From Octopus bimaculoides (taxonomy: Eukaryota): a stretch of DNA of 55,504 bases. Positions 37,700 through 50,369 of this stretch are shown here, piece by piece (the first letter of the stretch is position 1; each line of letters opens with the position of its first letter). A model generated the notes under the pieces. The model made no database searches, was not told where the DNA came from, and saw nothing but the letters and a program-made list of their open reading frames with translations. Position numbers and translations under genes: made by a program. The stretch spans positions 38,031,377-38,086,880 of the forward strand of contig NC_068984.1 in assembly GCF_001194135.2 (NCBI RefSeq). The letters run 5' to 3'.

Positions 37700-39485
37700 G
37701 AGATATAGAGAGAGATATAGAGAGAGATATAGAGAGAGATATAGAGAGAGATATAGANNNNNNNNNNNNNNNNNNNNNNNNNNNNNNNNNNNNNNNNNNN
37801 NNNNNNNNNNNNNNNNNNNNNNNNNNNNNNNNNNNNNNNNNNNNNNNNNNNNNNNNNNNNNNNNNNNNNNNNNNNNNNNNNNNNNNNNNNNNNNNNNNNN
37901 NNNNNNNNNNNNNNNNNNNNNNNNNNNNNNNNNNNNNNNNNNNNNNNNNNNNNNNNNNNNNNNNNNNNNNNNNNNNNNNNNNNNNNNNNNNNNNNNNNNN
38001 NNNNNNNNNNNNNNNNNNNNNNNNNNNNNNNNNNNNNNNNNNNNNNNNNNNNNNNNNNNNNNNNNNNNNNNNNNNNNNNNNNNNNNNNNNNNNNNNNNNN
38101 NNNNNNNNNNNNNNNNNNNNNNNNNNNNNNNNNATAGAGAGAGATATATAGAGAGAGATATATAGAGAGAGATATATAGAGAGAGATATATAGAGAGAGA
38201 TATATAGAGAGAGATATATAGAGAGAGATATATAGAGAGAGATATATAGAGAGAGATATATAGAGAAAGAGATATATAGAGAGAGATATAGAGAAAGAGA
38301 TATATAGAGAAAGAGATATATAGAGAAAGAGATATATAGAGAGAGATATAGAGAAAGAGATGTATACATATAGATGTATACGTATACATATAGATGTATA
38401 TGTACACGTTATTCCACTAACTGAAACAATCACATTTCGATACTGTAATGACAGATACTTTCAGAGAGAGAGAGAAAGAGATGTATATGTACACGTATAT
38501 GCATAGATATATATATAGATCTATATGCATACATGCATATGTATACATATGTGTAGATGTATATNNNNNNNNNNNNNNNNNNNNNNNNNNNNNNNNNNNN
38601 NNNNNNNNNNNNNNNNNNNNNNNNNNNNNNNNNNNNNNNNNNNNNNNNNNNNNNNNNNNNNNNNNNNNNNNNNNNNNNNNNNNNNNNNNNNNNNNNNNNN
38701 NNNNNNNNNNNNNNNNNNNNNNNNNNNNNNNNNNNNNNNNNNNNNNNNNNNNNNNNNNNNNNNNNNNNNNNNNNNNNNNNNNNNNNNNNNNNNNNNNNNN
38801 NNNNNNNNNNNNNNNNNNNNNNNNNNNNNNNNNNNNNNNNNNNNNNNNNNNNNNNNNNNNNNNNNNNNNNNNNNNNNNNNNNNNNNNNNNNNNNNNNNNN
38901 NNNNNNNNNNNNNNNNNNNNNNNNNNNNNNNNNNNNNNNNNNNNNNNNNNNNNNNNNNNNNNNNNNNNNNNNNNNNNNNNNNNNNNNNNNNNNNNNNNNN
39001 NNNNNNNNNNNNNNNNNNNNNNNNNNNNNNNNNNNNNNNNNNNNNNNNNNNNNNNNNNNNNNNNNNNNNNNNNNNNNNNNNNNNNNNNNNNNNNNNNNNN
39101 NNAGACTACCCTTTCAGATATACTTACATTGTGATTTCTGCAATGTGGTGCATAAATTGTCAAGTAAATGAGACGCATCTTTGCCTCCACTGATTCACTT
39201 GCAAAGTGTTGAGTAAAATTATTTCGTTGCAGACCTCCTTTGGATCTTTTTATTATCACTGCGACACACATAGTCCCCAGTTGGTAACATTGATTTCAAG
39301 GCCCTCCTAGATGAGAGACTGGCATTCCACTTAATGTCTATGTTCCATGCTGGCATGGATTGGAGAGTTATTAATGTAGAAATATGGTATCGTAGCTACT
39401 AACAGTTGAGGGTTGCGTAGTCTAGACAGCGTTTTTAGATTTCATTATTCGCTTTAACCCAGGCAAAGCCGGGTATTTCTGCTAG
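37331..39485 (+). mobile_element. Non-autonomous Helitron (DINE-1/HINE-like architecture)
   Basis: Starts A|TCTATATATATAAAA followed by a (GTCT)-like run. Ends with the hairpin cccaggc-aaa-gccggg then CTAG|T. The interior has microsatellites and two N gaps. Confidence 0.8.
37645..38355. repeat. (AG)n grading into (AG)x(AT)y 12-14 bp tandem repeat
   Basis: Direct reading; the repeat spans an N gap. Confidence 0.9.
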
Positions 39486-39789
39486 TATGTAATAAATGTC
39501 AGTAGTTTCTCACAAACAAGAAAGAGTGAAATATTCAATAATATAAAACATTGTACTAAATTATATAGTAGTAGACGCAGCACTAAGCATTGGGGAGAAA
39601 TAAATTTGGGTTAGTTCAAATATGTTTGTGACTTATTTTGTTCTAAAAGTAATTCCACTGCAGTTTACCATGATGAAAAAATTCTTGCTTAAAACACCTT
39701 ATCTGCTTAGTGTCACCATCTGTCAGAGTCCCAGATGCATTTCTGGCTCCTCAGTAGGAGTTACCAAAGAGGGATAACCCTAAGCAGAT

Positions 39790-40400
39790 TAGAAAGGCAT
39801 ACATTTATAATGAACTGCTTCCAGCTATGGTCTCCCATCAGTGTAAAATTAGCAGCAGACCTTGAAGCAATCCAGTGAAGCTTCACAAAGAAGATCATCT
39901 CATTGCAACAGCTCAGATACTGGGAAAGGCTGAAACAGCTAAGACTCTACTCCATGGAGAAAAGGCAGGAGAAGTACGCAGTCATATACATCTGGAAGAT
40001 CCTGGAAGCTATTGTGCCAAATTGTGGCATTGAAAGCTACACAAATGCCAAAACAGATTCACACTGCACAGTTCCAAATATCCAAGCAATGCCATCACGC
40101 TTCAGGACCAGTTACTGCAACAGCCTGGGTTTCAGTGGCCCACAGCTTTTTAATATTCTCCTAAAGAGCCTGAGGGACCTACACAAAGTGGGTGTACGTG
40201 TTTTCAAATTGAAACTGGATCTCTTCGTCTCGAGAGTACCAGATGAATCTACCTCGCTGTAAGAATTGAAAATGAGGGTAGCAACATCAAACTCCCTTAT
40301 TCGCCAAATGCTACATATTAGAGGAGTCTCTCAATAATAAGAGTGTACCAAAGCAGCAGTGCCCCAGCATGACCACAGCTCTGAGCTGAAACTAGAGAAA
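39790..40400 (+). mobile_element. CR1-type LINE 3' fragment
   Basis: QLWSP..LEAIQ*SFTK, YWERLKQLRLYSME.RQE.Y.VIYIWKILE, GPQLFNIL, FKLKLDLFVSRVPDE, and 3' tail cagtgccccagcatg. Confidence 0.8.
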
Positions 40401-40411
40401 AATACATACAT

Positions 40412-40462
<51 letters not shown>

Positions 40463-41030
40463 CAATTATATGGATAAACAAATTAGATACATCAAATATA
40501 TTTAATATGTTTGATGTATCTAATTTGTTTATCTGCCTCTTTACCCACTCAACTTGATTACTCTTATAGCCTTTTGTTATCCTGTAATGACATTGGAGTC
40601 TAAGTTTGAATGTTTTCTGTATTGTCTTCTATATGGACAATCTCTGGATCACATCTGTGAACTTTACAATAAATATATATATATATATATATATTGCATT
40701 ACATGCATTGTGACATTTATTTTGGCTATACACTATGAATTCAGCTCATCCTAATGATGGTGCTGGTCTAACTCTTTCTAGCAGTTGCATCCTGAATGTT
40801 CTGTTGTGGTGGTGGTTGTGAGAAGGACAAGATGGAGCCTATCACCCCCTTTTTCCAGGAAATCTTGAATTTTGTTCAGTTATGGAAACATGTAATACTA
40901 TATATTAGATTTAAATTGTTTGAAGTATACGTAGAATGACAATTGAGGAGTGACAGTTGTGTGTTTATCTGTGTGCATGCATGAGCATGTAAGTATATGT
41001 GTGTCCTCTCTGTGTATCTATCTATCTATC

Positions 41031-41083
<53 letters not shown>

Positions 41084-42387
41084 TTATTTATTTATTTAGA
41101 TGTTGGTACTTATAGCTGATATAGATAAGATAACCTCAGTTATTGACGCATTGTGTTCACAATTTAGTTTTATTTTACCCTCACAGAATAGGCAGAGGTT
41201 TTATTGAAAAAATTTCAGTGCTTGATCTAAGTTCTAGTAATAGCTGTCAGGCACCTGTTAAAGTGTAGTATCCTAGGTCCCCTATATGTAATATCATGTT
41301 TTGGAGTTAGTAGAAAGTGACGCTTGAAAGTCATTCTGGCGATACTGAACATTTCACATAGTTATTATAGAAGCTCTCTTGTTGTGCATGTTGTTTAGTG
41401 GAGACCTGTTTTGTAAACTTAATATCTCCCAAGATTTTTTCCTGTTGAAGTCTAAACAGAAAGTAAATATTTTTAAAGTGCTCCCTAACATACTTTCCCC
41501 ATTGTTTGAAATTCAGCTCACTTCTCAAAACAATGGTAAAAGCAAGAGCAAAGGTCATTTTACCCAAAAGACACCAGTTAAGTGATATATATATATATAT
41601 ATANNNNNNNNNNNNNNNNNNNNNNNNNNNNNNNNNNNNNNNNNNNNNNNNNNNNNNNNNNNNNNNNNNNNNNNNNNNNNNNNNNNNNNNNNNNNNNNNN
41701 NNNNNNNNNNNNNNNNNNNNNNNNNNNNNNNNNNNNNNNNNNNNNNNNNNNNNNNNNNNNNNNNNNNNNNNNNNNNNNNNNNNNNNNNNNNNNNNNNNNN
41801 NNNNNNNNNNNNNNNNNNNNNNNNNNNNNNNNNNNNNNNNNNNNNNNNNNNNNNNNNNNNNNNNNNNNNNNNNNNNNNNNNNNNNNNNNNNNNNNNNNNN
41901 NNNNNNNNNNNNNNNNNNNNNNNNNNNNNNNNNNNNNNNNNNNNNNNNNNNNNNNNNNNNNNNNNNNNNNNNNNNNNNNNNNNNNNNNNNNNNNNNNNNN
42001 NNNNNNNNNNNNNNNNNNNNNNNNNNNNNNNNNNNNNNNNNNNNNNNNNNNNNNNNNNNNNNNNNNNNNNNNNNNNNNNNNNNNNNNNNNNNNNNNNNNN
42101 NNNNNNNNNNNNNNNNNNNNNNNNNNNNNNNNNNNNNNNNNNNNNNNNNNNNNNNNNNNNNNNNNNNNNNNNNNNNNNNNNNNNNNNNNNNNNNNNNNNN
42201 NNNNNNNNNNNNNNNNNNNNNNNNNNNNNNNNNNNNNNNNNNNNNNNNNNNNNNNNNNNNNNNNNNNNNNNNNNNNNNNNNNNNNNNNNNNNNNNNNNNN
42301 NNNNNNNNNNNNNNNNNNNNNNNNNNNNNNNNNNNNNNNNNNNNNNNNNNNNNCCCCCAGTATTCAGATTGTGTGGTTGAAAGAAGG

Positions 42388-42451
42388 ATGACTTTAGAAA
42401 CCAATGAAATTAACATGGTTCACCAACTTGCTGAGGTGGTGCATTACCAAA
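42388..42451 (+). CDS. STK11IP: STK11-interacting protein, coding exon 1
   Basis: ATG...MTLETNEINMVHQLAEVVHYQ a|gtaagt. Phase 1 matches the next exon, and length and character resemble the vertebrate STK11IP N-terminus (recalled). Confidence 0.75.
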
Positions 42452-42616
42452 GTAAGTTTTTCTTTTTCAGTTTCAATAACTTGACCATTTTTAATCATAT
42501 TTTCCCTTTTTTGAATGTGTCTTCCTTTTTTGTTTTTTAAACAATGATATTCTCCAAAATGAAGATAATTATTTGTAAAAAAAAAAAAATGCATTTAAGC
42601 TTGGCTATGTATAAGC

Positions 42617-42780
42617 ACAGGCATGGCTGTGTGGTATGAACCTTGTGGTTGCTTCCCAATCACATGGTTCTGGGTTGTTCCACTGTGTGCCGCCTTGGGC
42701 AAGTGTCTTCTATTATAGGCCTGGGCCAACCAAAGCCTTGTGAGTATATTTGGTAGATGTAAAGTTAAAGAAACCTGTGA

Positions 42781-42815
<35 letters not shown>

Positions 42816-43000
42816 GGGGGGGGGGGGTTTCAACCTCCACCAATGTTTGACAACCAGTGTTGGTTTGTTTACGTTCCAACAACTTTAGCGGTTTGGCAAA
42901 AAAGACTGATGAAATAAGTACCAGAATTGTTTGACTTAAGTTTTCAAGGCAGTACCACAACAAGGCCACAGTATGATAATTGATGCAACTAAAAGATAAA
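42617..43000 (+). mobile_element. SINE (CR1-tailed family), near full length
   Basis: Head ggcatggctgtgtggta...gggttgttcc, family body and tail. Confidence 0.75.
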
Positions 43001-43318
43001 GAAAATTTATGTCTTTTTGCATATCTCATTGTATTTTTCTCTATCTAACAATATTGCAGTAAAAAGCATAAATGGTAAAAGTTAGTATCCTATGAAGAAA
43101 AGAAAGGCCCCACTAACATGACCACATTCACTGCGCTAACATAACTCACATTTTTTGTATTTTGTTTAATTTATTCTTGCCAATACATGCCACCACTTAT
43201 CTTATTTAAATTATATTATTAATGTCTTCAGTCACTTATTTAATTGTAATTTATGACATATACAACAAAAGATGAGACTTTCATTTTACTTACAATATTC
43301 TTTTTTTTTATATATCAG

Positions 43319-43521
43319 GTAACAAAATTTTCCGAGGAGAGGGCCGACTTAACCTTTCTACACACACATTAGTCTTTCTTAATCAAGCAACACAGGAAGG
43401 TTTCCTCTCCAGCTATCATAAAGAACATGATCTTACAACTGAAAAACAGCAGGAACTGGATAAACTAAAAAGTGACATCCATTTTGTAACTGATGTACTG
43501 GTGGACACAACCGCACTAAAG
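43319..43521 (+). CDS. STK11IP: STK11IP coding exon 2 (LIP1 N-terminal region)
   Basis: cag|gt aac...aag|gtttgt, 203 nt, phase 1>0; SNKIFRGEGRLNLSTHTL...IHFVTDVLVDTTALK. Confidence 0.85.
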
Positions 43522-43598
43522 GTTTGTCACCCTTGCTTTACTTTGTCTTTTAACTCCCCTCCCCTGCCATTTATACTTAATTCCCCCTTATGTTTTAA

Positions 43599-43818
43599 CC
43601 CTTTAGCATTTAAACCAGCCATATCCGGCCCAAATATTCTACCTGTTTTATGTTTGAAATGTCAAGATCTGGCTTCTTACACTTATCTTACTATGTCATT
43701 CTAAAAATATACAATCACATCATTGAAATCTCAAAGCTATAAGATAATGGATGATAAATTCAAAATAATGTGAATAAATAAGCATTACATCTGACGGAGT
43801 AATCTGAATGCTAAAGGG
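43599..43818. mobile_element. piggyBac-like TTAA MITE, copy 2
   Basis: TTAA|CCCTTTAGC...GCTAAAGGG|TTAA, inverted relative to copy 1. Confidence 0.78.
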
Positions 43819-45740
43819 TTAAAAAGATGCTGAACTGTTTTTCAGATGTGATTTTCTCAATGTCAACTTTTCTTAGGCTATTTGTTTGAAAATATTTGTT
43901 CATATATACGTCGTCATCACCATCATCATAGGAAGTGATAAATAACAGGCGGGTGATAATTTCAAATTTAAATTGGCTTTACAAGTCAACTTTGACCCCA
44001 TTGCAGAAAACAATATGTTGAAAGTATAAATTATTGTATGAAATAATTGTTAACTCAAAGGGTTATAAATGTTTAGCCCTAGGTCAGCCCTGGTTAAGCA
44101 GACTTATGGTCAAATCATTCCAGCTGAGACTATCCTTTTTTTGTGTGCGTGTGTGTGTGTATTTGTTTGTTTTGCAAACAATCATCTTAATTAGACCTGA
44201 TATGGAGCTAAATAACAACAGCATAATGTAATATCTTCACAAGGAGTCACTTGCAATGATGTGTCAGTCTGTTACCTTTCCAATCTTATTATACTATGAG
44301 TAAGATTAGATCAATAATAATGATAATGCAGCATATGCTCAATAACTTGAACAATAAGGAAGGTCTATAGTTCTTACGTAAGTACTACACTAATTTTTGT
44401 ACAGAAGAAAAGTATAGTTGATTGCATTAAGCCCAATATATTATTAGTATACATCTTTACCACCCATGTAAAGGATTTGTACTTAGAAATAAAAGGGTTA
44501 CAAATTAAATTCTGTGTGATTCTGAATATTTGTTTATTTATAAAAGGATTGTTGAATCAGGTTGATGTTGGTCTTTTAGCTTCATGTGATGTGAGAATGA
44601 GTTGTTAAATTTTCACTTCACTTTATTCGGCTAATCTAACTTGATAAATCTATCTTGACTTGTAGCAGATAAATGAATTGTGGACCATCAAATGTTCATA
44701 TATTTTGTTTGACTGATCATTATCATTGGTAGGCAATTAAACTTATGGAACAGATGTAGCGAAATAATTTAGGGGTTTATTTCTTTATCATGAGGTCCCA
44801 AGTTCAATCCCACTGTATGACACTCCAAGTTAGTTTAAGCCTTGTGAGCGAATTAAGTTAACGGAAACTACAGGAACTGTTTGAAATCCTATTATGGTTG
44901 TTGAAATGTATACCAGTGGCGTCAGTGGCATGAATTATCTACAACTACAAACTTGAAACTAAAGAGGCAGTTGTATGGCACTCACCATGGTAAGAACAAA
45001 AATACAGCAACTGTTTCACTGTTCTTATGATTCATAGTGTATTTGTGTATACAATTGCTTCCCTCGTATGACCAGAGATGTATTATATATCAGAATGGCC
45101 CGTGTGATTCAGAAATTTACCATGTTGCAAGACCAGATCATCTGTTTACATTTATCATGCAGGCGTTCAAATTGAATTTGGAGTACATCAATCTCACCAG
45201 TCTAGGAGGGTCTGCAAAGGTCATAGGCACTGACTGACCACCTCTAACTAACATCTATCCAATGATATGTATCCTCCTATCATAAAGTATTACATAGAGG
45301 AGTAGATTACAAAACACTCTAGATTATATTAACACAGGAAATATAAAAAATATACTACATTTACACAAGTACTCAGCTCTCTCAAATGTATGAACTCCAC
45401 TTTTTGCAAATCAGTAATATATTTTATCCTCTTTTGACACTTGAGTGTCATGCTAATCCCACCCCACCTCCTCCATTTTGATCCTGTTGTTTTGTATTAA
45501 ACATCTTGTATTATGTATATTGAGTAAATATGTTAATTAGAAATTAAGCACCCTCTTAGGAATGCTTTCAGTCATAATATCCCTTTAAGCAGATTTTAAG
45601 TTTACTGGGGAAACAGGTGAGTAGTTTCTCTTTAAGGAATCACTTAACTAATCCAAGCAAGTGTGAAGTAATAAGCATGAGTAGTAGTAGTAGTAGTGGT
45701 GGTGGTGGCGGCAGCAGCAATGGCATTAGTAATGTTTTAT

Positions 45741-45771
<31 letters not shown>

Positions 45772-45773
<2 letters not shown>

Positions 45774-45955
45774 GGTTCAAATTTTGGCATAAGGCCAGCA
45801 AGTTTGAGGAGGGGAAATGTTGATTACATCAGCCCCAGTGTTTAACTGGGGCTGATATAAACCCTGAAGGGATGAAAGGCAAAGTAGATCTTGGCAGAAT
45901 TTGAACTCAGAAAGTTAAGACTGATGAAATGCCACTAAGCATTTTGCCTGGCATG
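45772..45955 (-). mobile_element. tRNA-derived SINE
   Basis: Reverse complement of the 8051 and 55271 family. Confidence 0.7.
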
Positions 45956-46564
45956 CTAATGATCTTGTGGTGGAGGTAATAATACACACACACACACACA
46001 CACATAGGTACAATTAAGTGATAATGATATTCTATCAAATAATGTGGTTCTCTGCTCTATCATCACGACCACATTTCGTATTGTATTTCAATTAATTTTT
46101 GTATTATTTATCATGTACAACCAAAAACAATATGTCGCAGTTGTTTTATAATTGCAACAGATTTAGTATTTGGTGCTTTATTTTATTTTTAAACTTTATT
46201 CAAATAGAACCAACTGACATAAATAGCCTCATTGTAATTATTGTCATTATCATTGTTATTATTAGCACTTGTTCTTTGTTACCTCTCACTTCTGTCTTGA
46301 GTTCAAATCAGATGGAAATGACTTGGTGTTTCGTAATATTTATAATTTTGTTTTTAAAAAACCATTACCAGCTTTACCCTAGAGTTAACTAAACAAATTA
46401 GCTGGTACCTATTTTATCAAATCATCTCTTATAAATAGATGGTGCCAGGGCCCCATTTTTATTATTATCATTATTCAGCTTTCTTTTTTTCTTAATGAAT
46501 TCAATTCAGTGCTTCACATTATTACTAGGGTTAATTTTCTTTTTCTACCTACAGTAAACCAAGT

Positions 46565-46895
46565 TTACTTACCTAGTTCCTTTGCTTCCTAGAGAGCATA
46601 GGCCATTGACAACTTTTCTCAACTGTTCCCAATTCTGGGTTGTCTCTTCTGCTTCTCTCAAGATAGACCCCTGCCTCTTGTAGCTTCCTTTCAGATTTTG
46701 AAAGCCTTCTCTCTCAGGTCTTGTTGGTTTTGAAGTTTCATTGATGCTTCTATACCTTTGCTGTTTTCATTTGAGAATAGGTGGTCCATATTATTCAGAC
46801 CTCTCTCCTGTAACCTGTCCAGCATGGGGAGTCCTGCCAGGAGCTTGTGTTCTGCTGGCATAGCACTCAGGGTCATTGAGGCATGCAAGCCACCA
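46565..46895 (-). mobile_element. Short bipartite RTE derivative (5' UTR joined to ORF2 end and 3' tail)
   Basis: The minus strand begins ggcttgcatgcctcaatgaccctgagtgctatg...ctcctggcaggactccccatgctggacagg, which resembles the RTE 5' UTR motif as recalled. It ends ...aaaagttgtcaatggcctatgctc...ggaactaggtaagtaa, an RTE-like terminus. Confidence 0.5.
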
Positions 46896-47869
46896 CTATG
46901 CAACAAGGAACGGACCTTGTAGTTGAATAAACTAAGTACTAGTGATATACTGAGGTCAGTTTAATTGGCTATAAAGTCTCCTATTGTATAATTGATCTCA
47001 TGTCCTGTTGAAAGAGATCATTATAGAAATTAGAATAACACCTTAATGAAGTGTTGCAGGGGTGGGAGCAAAGCTTCTCAGATTTGCTCAAACGATTCAA
47101 CTATCACAGCAGATTTTCCTGGTCTGATTTTCACTATTCATTGGATTAGTTGACTAGGGCAGTGAAAGCTATGAATAGTATCAATTACTTGGCTATACAA
47201 ATCACAAAATGATCTGATATGTACAGTCAACTTAGATATAAATTTTAAACAGGATCCTGGTGATAGGAAACTGAACAAGTTGCTTTCTACGTAGAACGAC
47301 TACAGATTAGATTTTAGAATTTAGTTTCAATATGAGCTTTGCTTCAATTGATTCAATTAATTTTTGATATGCATGACCTGCTGGATGTGCTTAACAGTTT
47401 TAGGTTGTTTTCAGAAGTTTTTTTCAGAAATGAAATGACTTAATACTATAAAGATACAATGGAGAAAGAGAGAGATTGCTATACAAACTTAAGAAATATT
47501 TTGTAACACTTTAGGTCATTGAATAACTAATGTAATCTTAGCTTTTTATCTGTAATAAGAAGGTAAATATACTACAGTGGTTTTCGATTTCTTTTACCAG
47601 GTCCTCAAGAGCATGTGATTCTGTTATTGTAAACTAATGAACTATACTATTCACCTGTTATTTAATACATCTTTGAAACATTGTCTTTGTATGCTCTAAT
47701 ATATCTTCACCTCCAGTTTCTCTCTTTTGCAACTTGGGTAAACATGTATCTCTCCTGCAGCAAAATATCCATTCTTATCTCTCTATCATACTTTAACCTT
47801 TCATCAAAGGTTAAAGCACAAAGCCACCTCCTTCAATATTACACACAACCTCCATTGAAGGGGCCTTAT

Positions 47870-48078
47870 CTTGTGAGTTACTTGGTGGCATCACTGGTGC
47901 TGGTGCTATGCAAAAAGCATCCAGTACACTCTGTAGTTGTTGGCATTAGGAAGAGCATCCAGCCATAGAAACCATGCCAAAGCGAACATTGGAGTTTGGT
48001 GCAGTCTTCTGGTTTGCCGACTCCTATAAATTGTCCAGCCCATGCCAGCATGGAAAATAGACATTAAATGATGATGAT
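47870..48078 (+). mobile_element. RTE-type 3' tail fragment
   Basis: ttggcattaggaagagcatccagccatagaaaccatgcc...ccatgccagcatgg...atgatgatgat. Confidence 0.7.
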
Positions 48079-48259
48079 ATAAATTGCTTGACTGGACCAG
48101 TGAAAGATATGTGCTATTGTCAAAAAATAGTGTGTTGGTATCAGAATAGAAATGTTTCTATCTTTTAGTCCATCAGTTCACTTTGCTGTGACTCTCATAA
48201 GAAAAAATACATATATAGAAAGAAAGATATTTATATTTGTTTCAAATGTCTAATTGCAG

Positions 48260-48427
48260 TTGTACCACCAGTTACATACAATACAAGGACCACTTGAAAT
48301 TGGCATGTTCCAGGCATTAACTGAACTAAATATTAACCGTGTTCCTATTCATCTTATACAAGGGATTGCAAAGCTTAGGTCAACATTGAAACAGATTACA
48401 ATCAGTCGAAGTTTGCAGACCTTAGAG
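48260..48427 (+). CDS. STK11IP: STK11IP coding exon 3
   Basis: ttgcag|...gag|gtaaga, 168 nt; LYHQLHTIQGPLEIGMFQALTELNINRVPIHLIQGIAKLRSTLKQITISRSLQTLE, resembling vertebrate ...SRSLQALE. Confidence 0.92.
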
Positions 48428-49509
48428 GTAAGAATTCAAAATTATTATTTCTAAAGTTCACATTTTGCTTTTGTTTTTTTTTTTGCTTTTTTTTTTAATT
48501 GTTATGTCCATGTGTGTGTGTGTGTGTGTGTGTATTCCCAGTGCTAACTTGTCAGAGAGTTTAGTAAATCTAGATATTAGCCAGTATTCTTGGAGAAGAT
48601 GTTTTTACAAGTAAATGGCCATCTCAGTGCAAACCAGTCAATTGTATGGCATATCAGAAGATGGTAAGTTAGCAGAACTGGGAGAGGGTTGAACTAAATA
48701 CTCTGCAGTGTATACTCTGTTACTCCTCTATATTTTGGTTGCAGATGTTCTGGGTCAGACTTTGAACTTCCATTTGTACCGAATCAATAACAAAACTGCC
48801 AGTATTGTACTGATGTTGATGTGACTAATTATAACTTTATTTCAGTAATTAGTCTTGTACTTAAACAAGGAATCAAATCATGTACTGAAGAAATTTCGTA
48901 GTGTGACTGTGTGGATATGAAGTTCACTTTGCAACCATGTAGTTCCAGATTCATGCCCACTTCACACTACCTTGGGCTAGTGACTTCCAGAATAAGGTCT
49001 TGGATTAATCAATACCTTGTGAGTGGAATTTGGTAGGCACAAACTGTACAGAAGTCTTGTCTATTTAAATATAATGTGTATCTTTTGGCAAAGGATATAA
49101 AACATTGGCAAATACCCCTCCCCCAAAACTCGTGCACTTCAAATGAAGTTTCTTACAATATTTGTTCTACACCAGATTGTAGACATTCCCTTTTCACTCC
49201 TACCTTCAAAGATCCTGTGAACCAGCAAATAGCTAATTGGAAACCTGTAATCAGTGCTATCATGGTTCACCAATTAAAAAGTAACATGCCTTACCCACAA
49301 TCCAATTCTAGTGGCCAAGTGTAAACTCACGACTTTGAGCACTTCACCACTGTTTCTTGTCGGATTGTTTTTTTTTATTATTATTTTTAGTACTGGAATC
49401 GAGAAGATGTAGCTTTGTTTATTGAATTATTTAGCATAATATTAGGAGATGAAGAAGTTTAGTAGTCCACCTTTTAATGGTGAGCTTAGACATTAACTCT
49501 TAAGAATTG

Positions 49510-49902
49510 TAGGTGTGGCTGTGTAGTAAGGAGTTTGCTTGCCAACCTCATGGTTCTGTGTTCAATCCCACTGTATCTTCTACTATAGGCTTGGGCCAAC
49601 CAAAGCCTTGTGAATGGATTTGGTAGATGGAAACTGAAAGAAAACCATTGTGTATGTGTGTGTGCGTGTATATGTGTATGTACATATATATGTGTGTGTG
49701 TGTGTGTGTTTGTACTCCACCACCACTTGATAACCAGCGTTTACATCCCTGCAACTTAGTGGTTCAGCAAAAGAGACCGATTGAATAAGTATCAAGCTTA
49801 AAAAAAATATAAATATTGAGGCCAATTAATTTGACTAAAAATTCTTCAAGATGGTGTCCTAGCATGACTGCAGTCTAATGACAGGAACAAGTAAAAGATA
49901 TA
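49510..49902 (+). mobile_element. SINE (CR1-tailed family), near full length
   Basis: Head ggtgtggctgtgtagtaagg...ggttc...gttcaatccca, family body and tail. Confidence 0.75.
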
Positions 49903-50024
49903 AGAATATGAAATAGAGCTGATAATGTTACTTCCTTTGTTTCTGTTTAAAAATGTATGAATTTTAATAATTTCTTGATGAGGCCCTCATATATTTTTTG
50001 GTCTAATTTCTTCTTTTTTTTCAG

Positions 50025-50132
50025 TCTCTTTTTGAAATGTGTGGGGGCGATAGAAGTGGGCCTATGGCTTGGCATCATCTAATTTATGCTGATCTTAGTC
50101 AGAACAGTATTCAGAAGCTGGATTCATCTTTG
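50025..50132 (+). CDS. STK11IP: STK11IP coding exon 4
   Basis: Polypyrimidine cag|...ttg|gtattt, 108 nt; SLFEMCGGDRSGPMAWHHLIYADLSQNSIQKLDSSL, resembling vertebrate CGGD...W...LDSSL. Confidence 0.92.
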
Positions 50133-50297
50133 GTATTTTTATATTTATTTACTTATTGTTTTTATTAATAATTGTTCATTGTCCAATATATTTGCTTTAA
50201 TAATTGTTGCCATTTTGAATAATTAACAATGTTGCATAATTTCCAAATGATGAAATCTAAAAATCAATCTTATAAATTCTTATTTTCATTATATCAG

Positions 50298-50369
50298 AGG
50301 TTATTGCCATCACTGAAGTATCTGGATTTGAGCCACAACAATATTCAAAACCCTGAGAAACATTTAGAG
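50298..50369 (+). CDS. STK11IP: STK11IP coding exon 5 (LRR)
   Basis: cag|...gag|gtaaat, 72 nt; RLLPSLKYLDLSHNNIQNPEKHLE. Confidence 0.92.
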
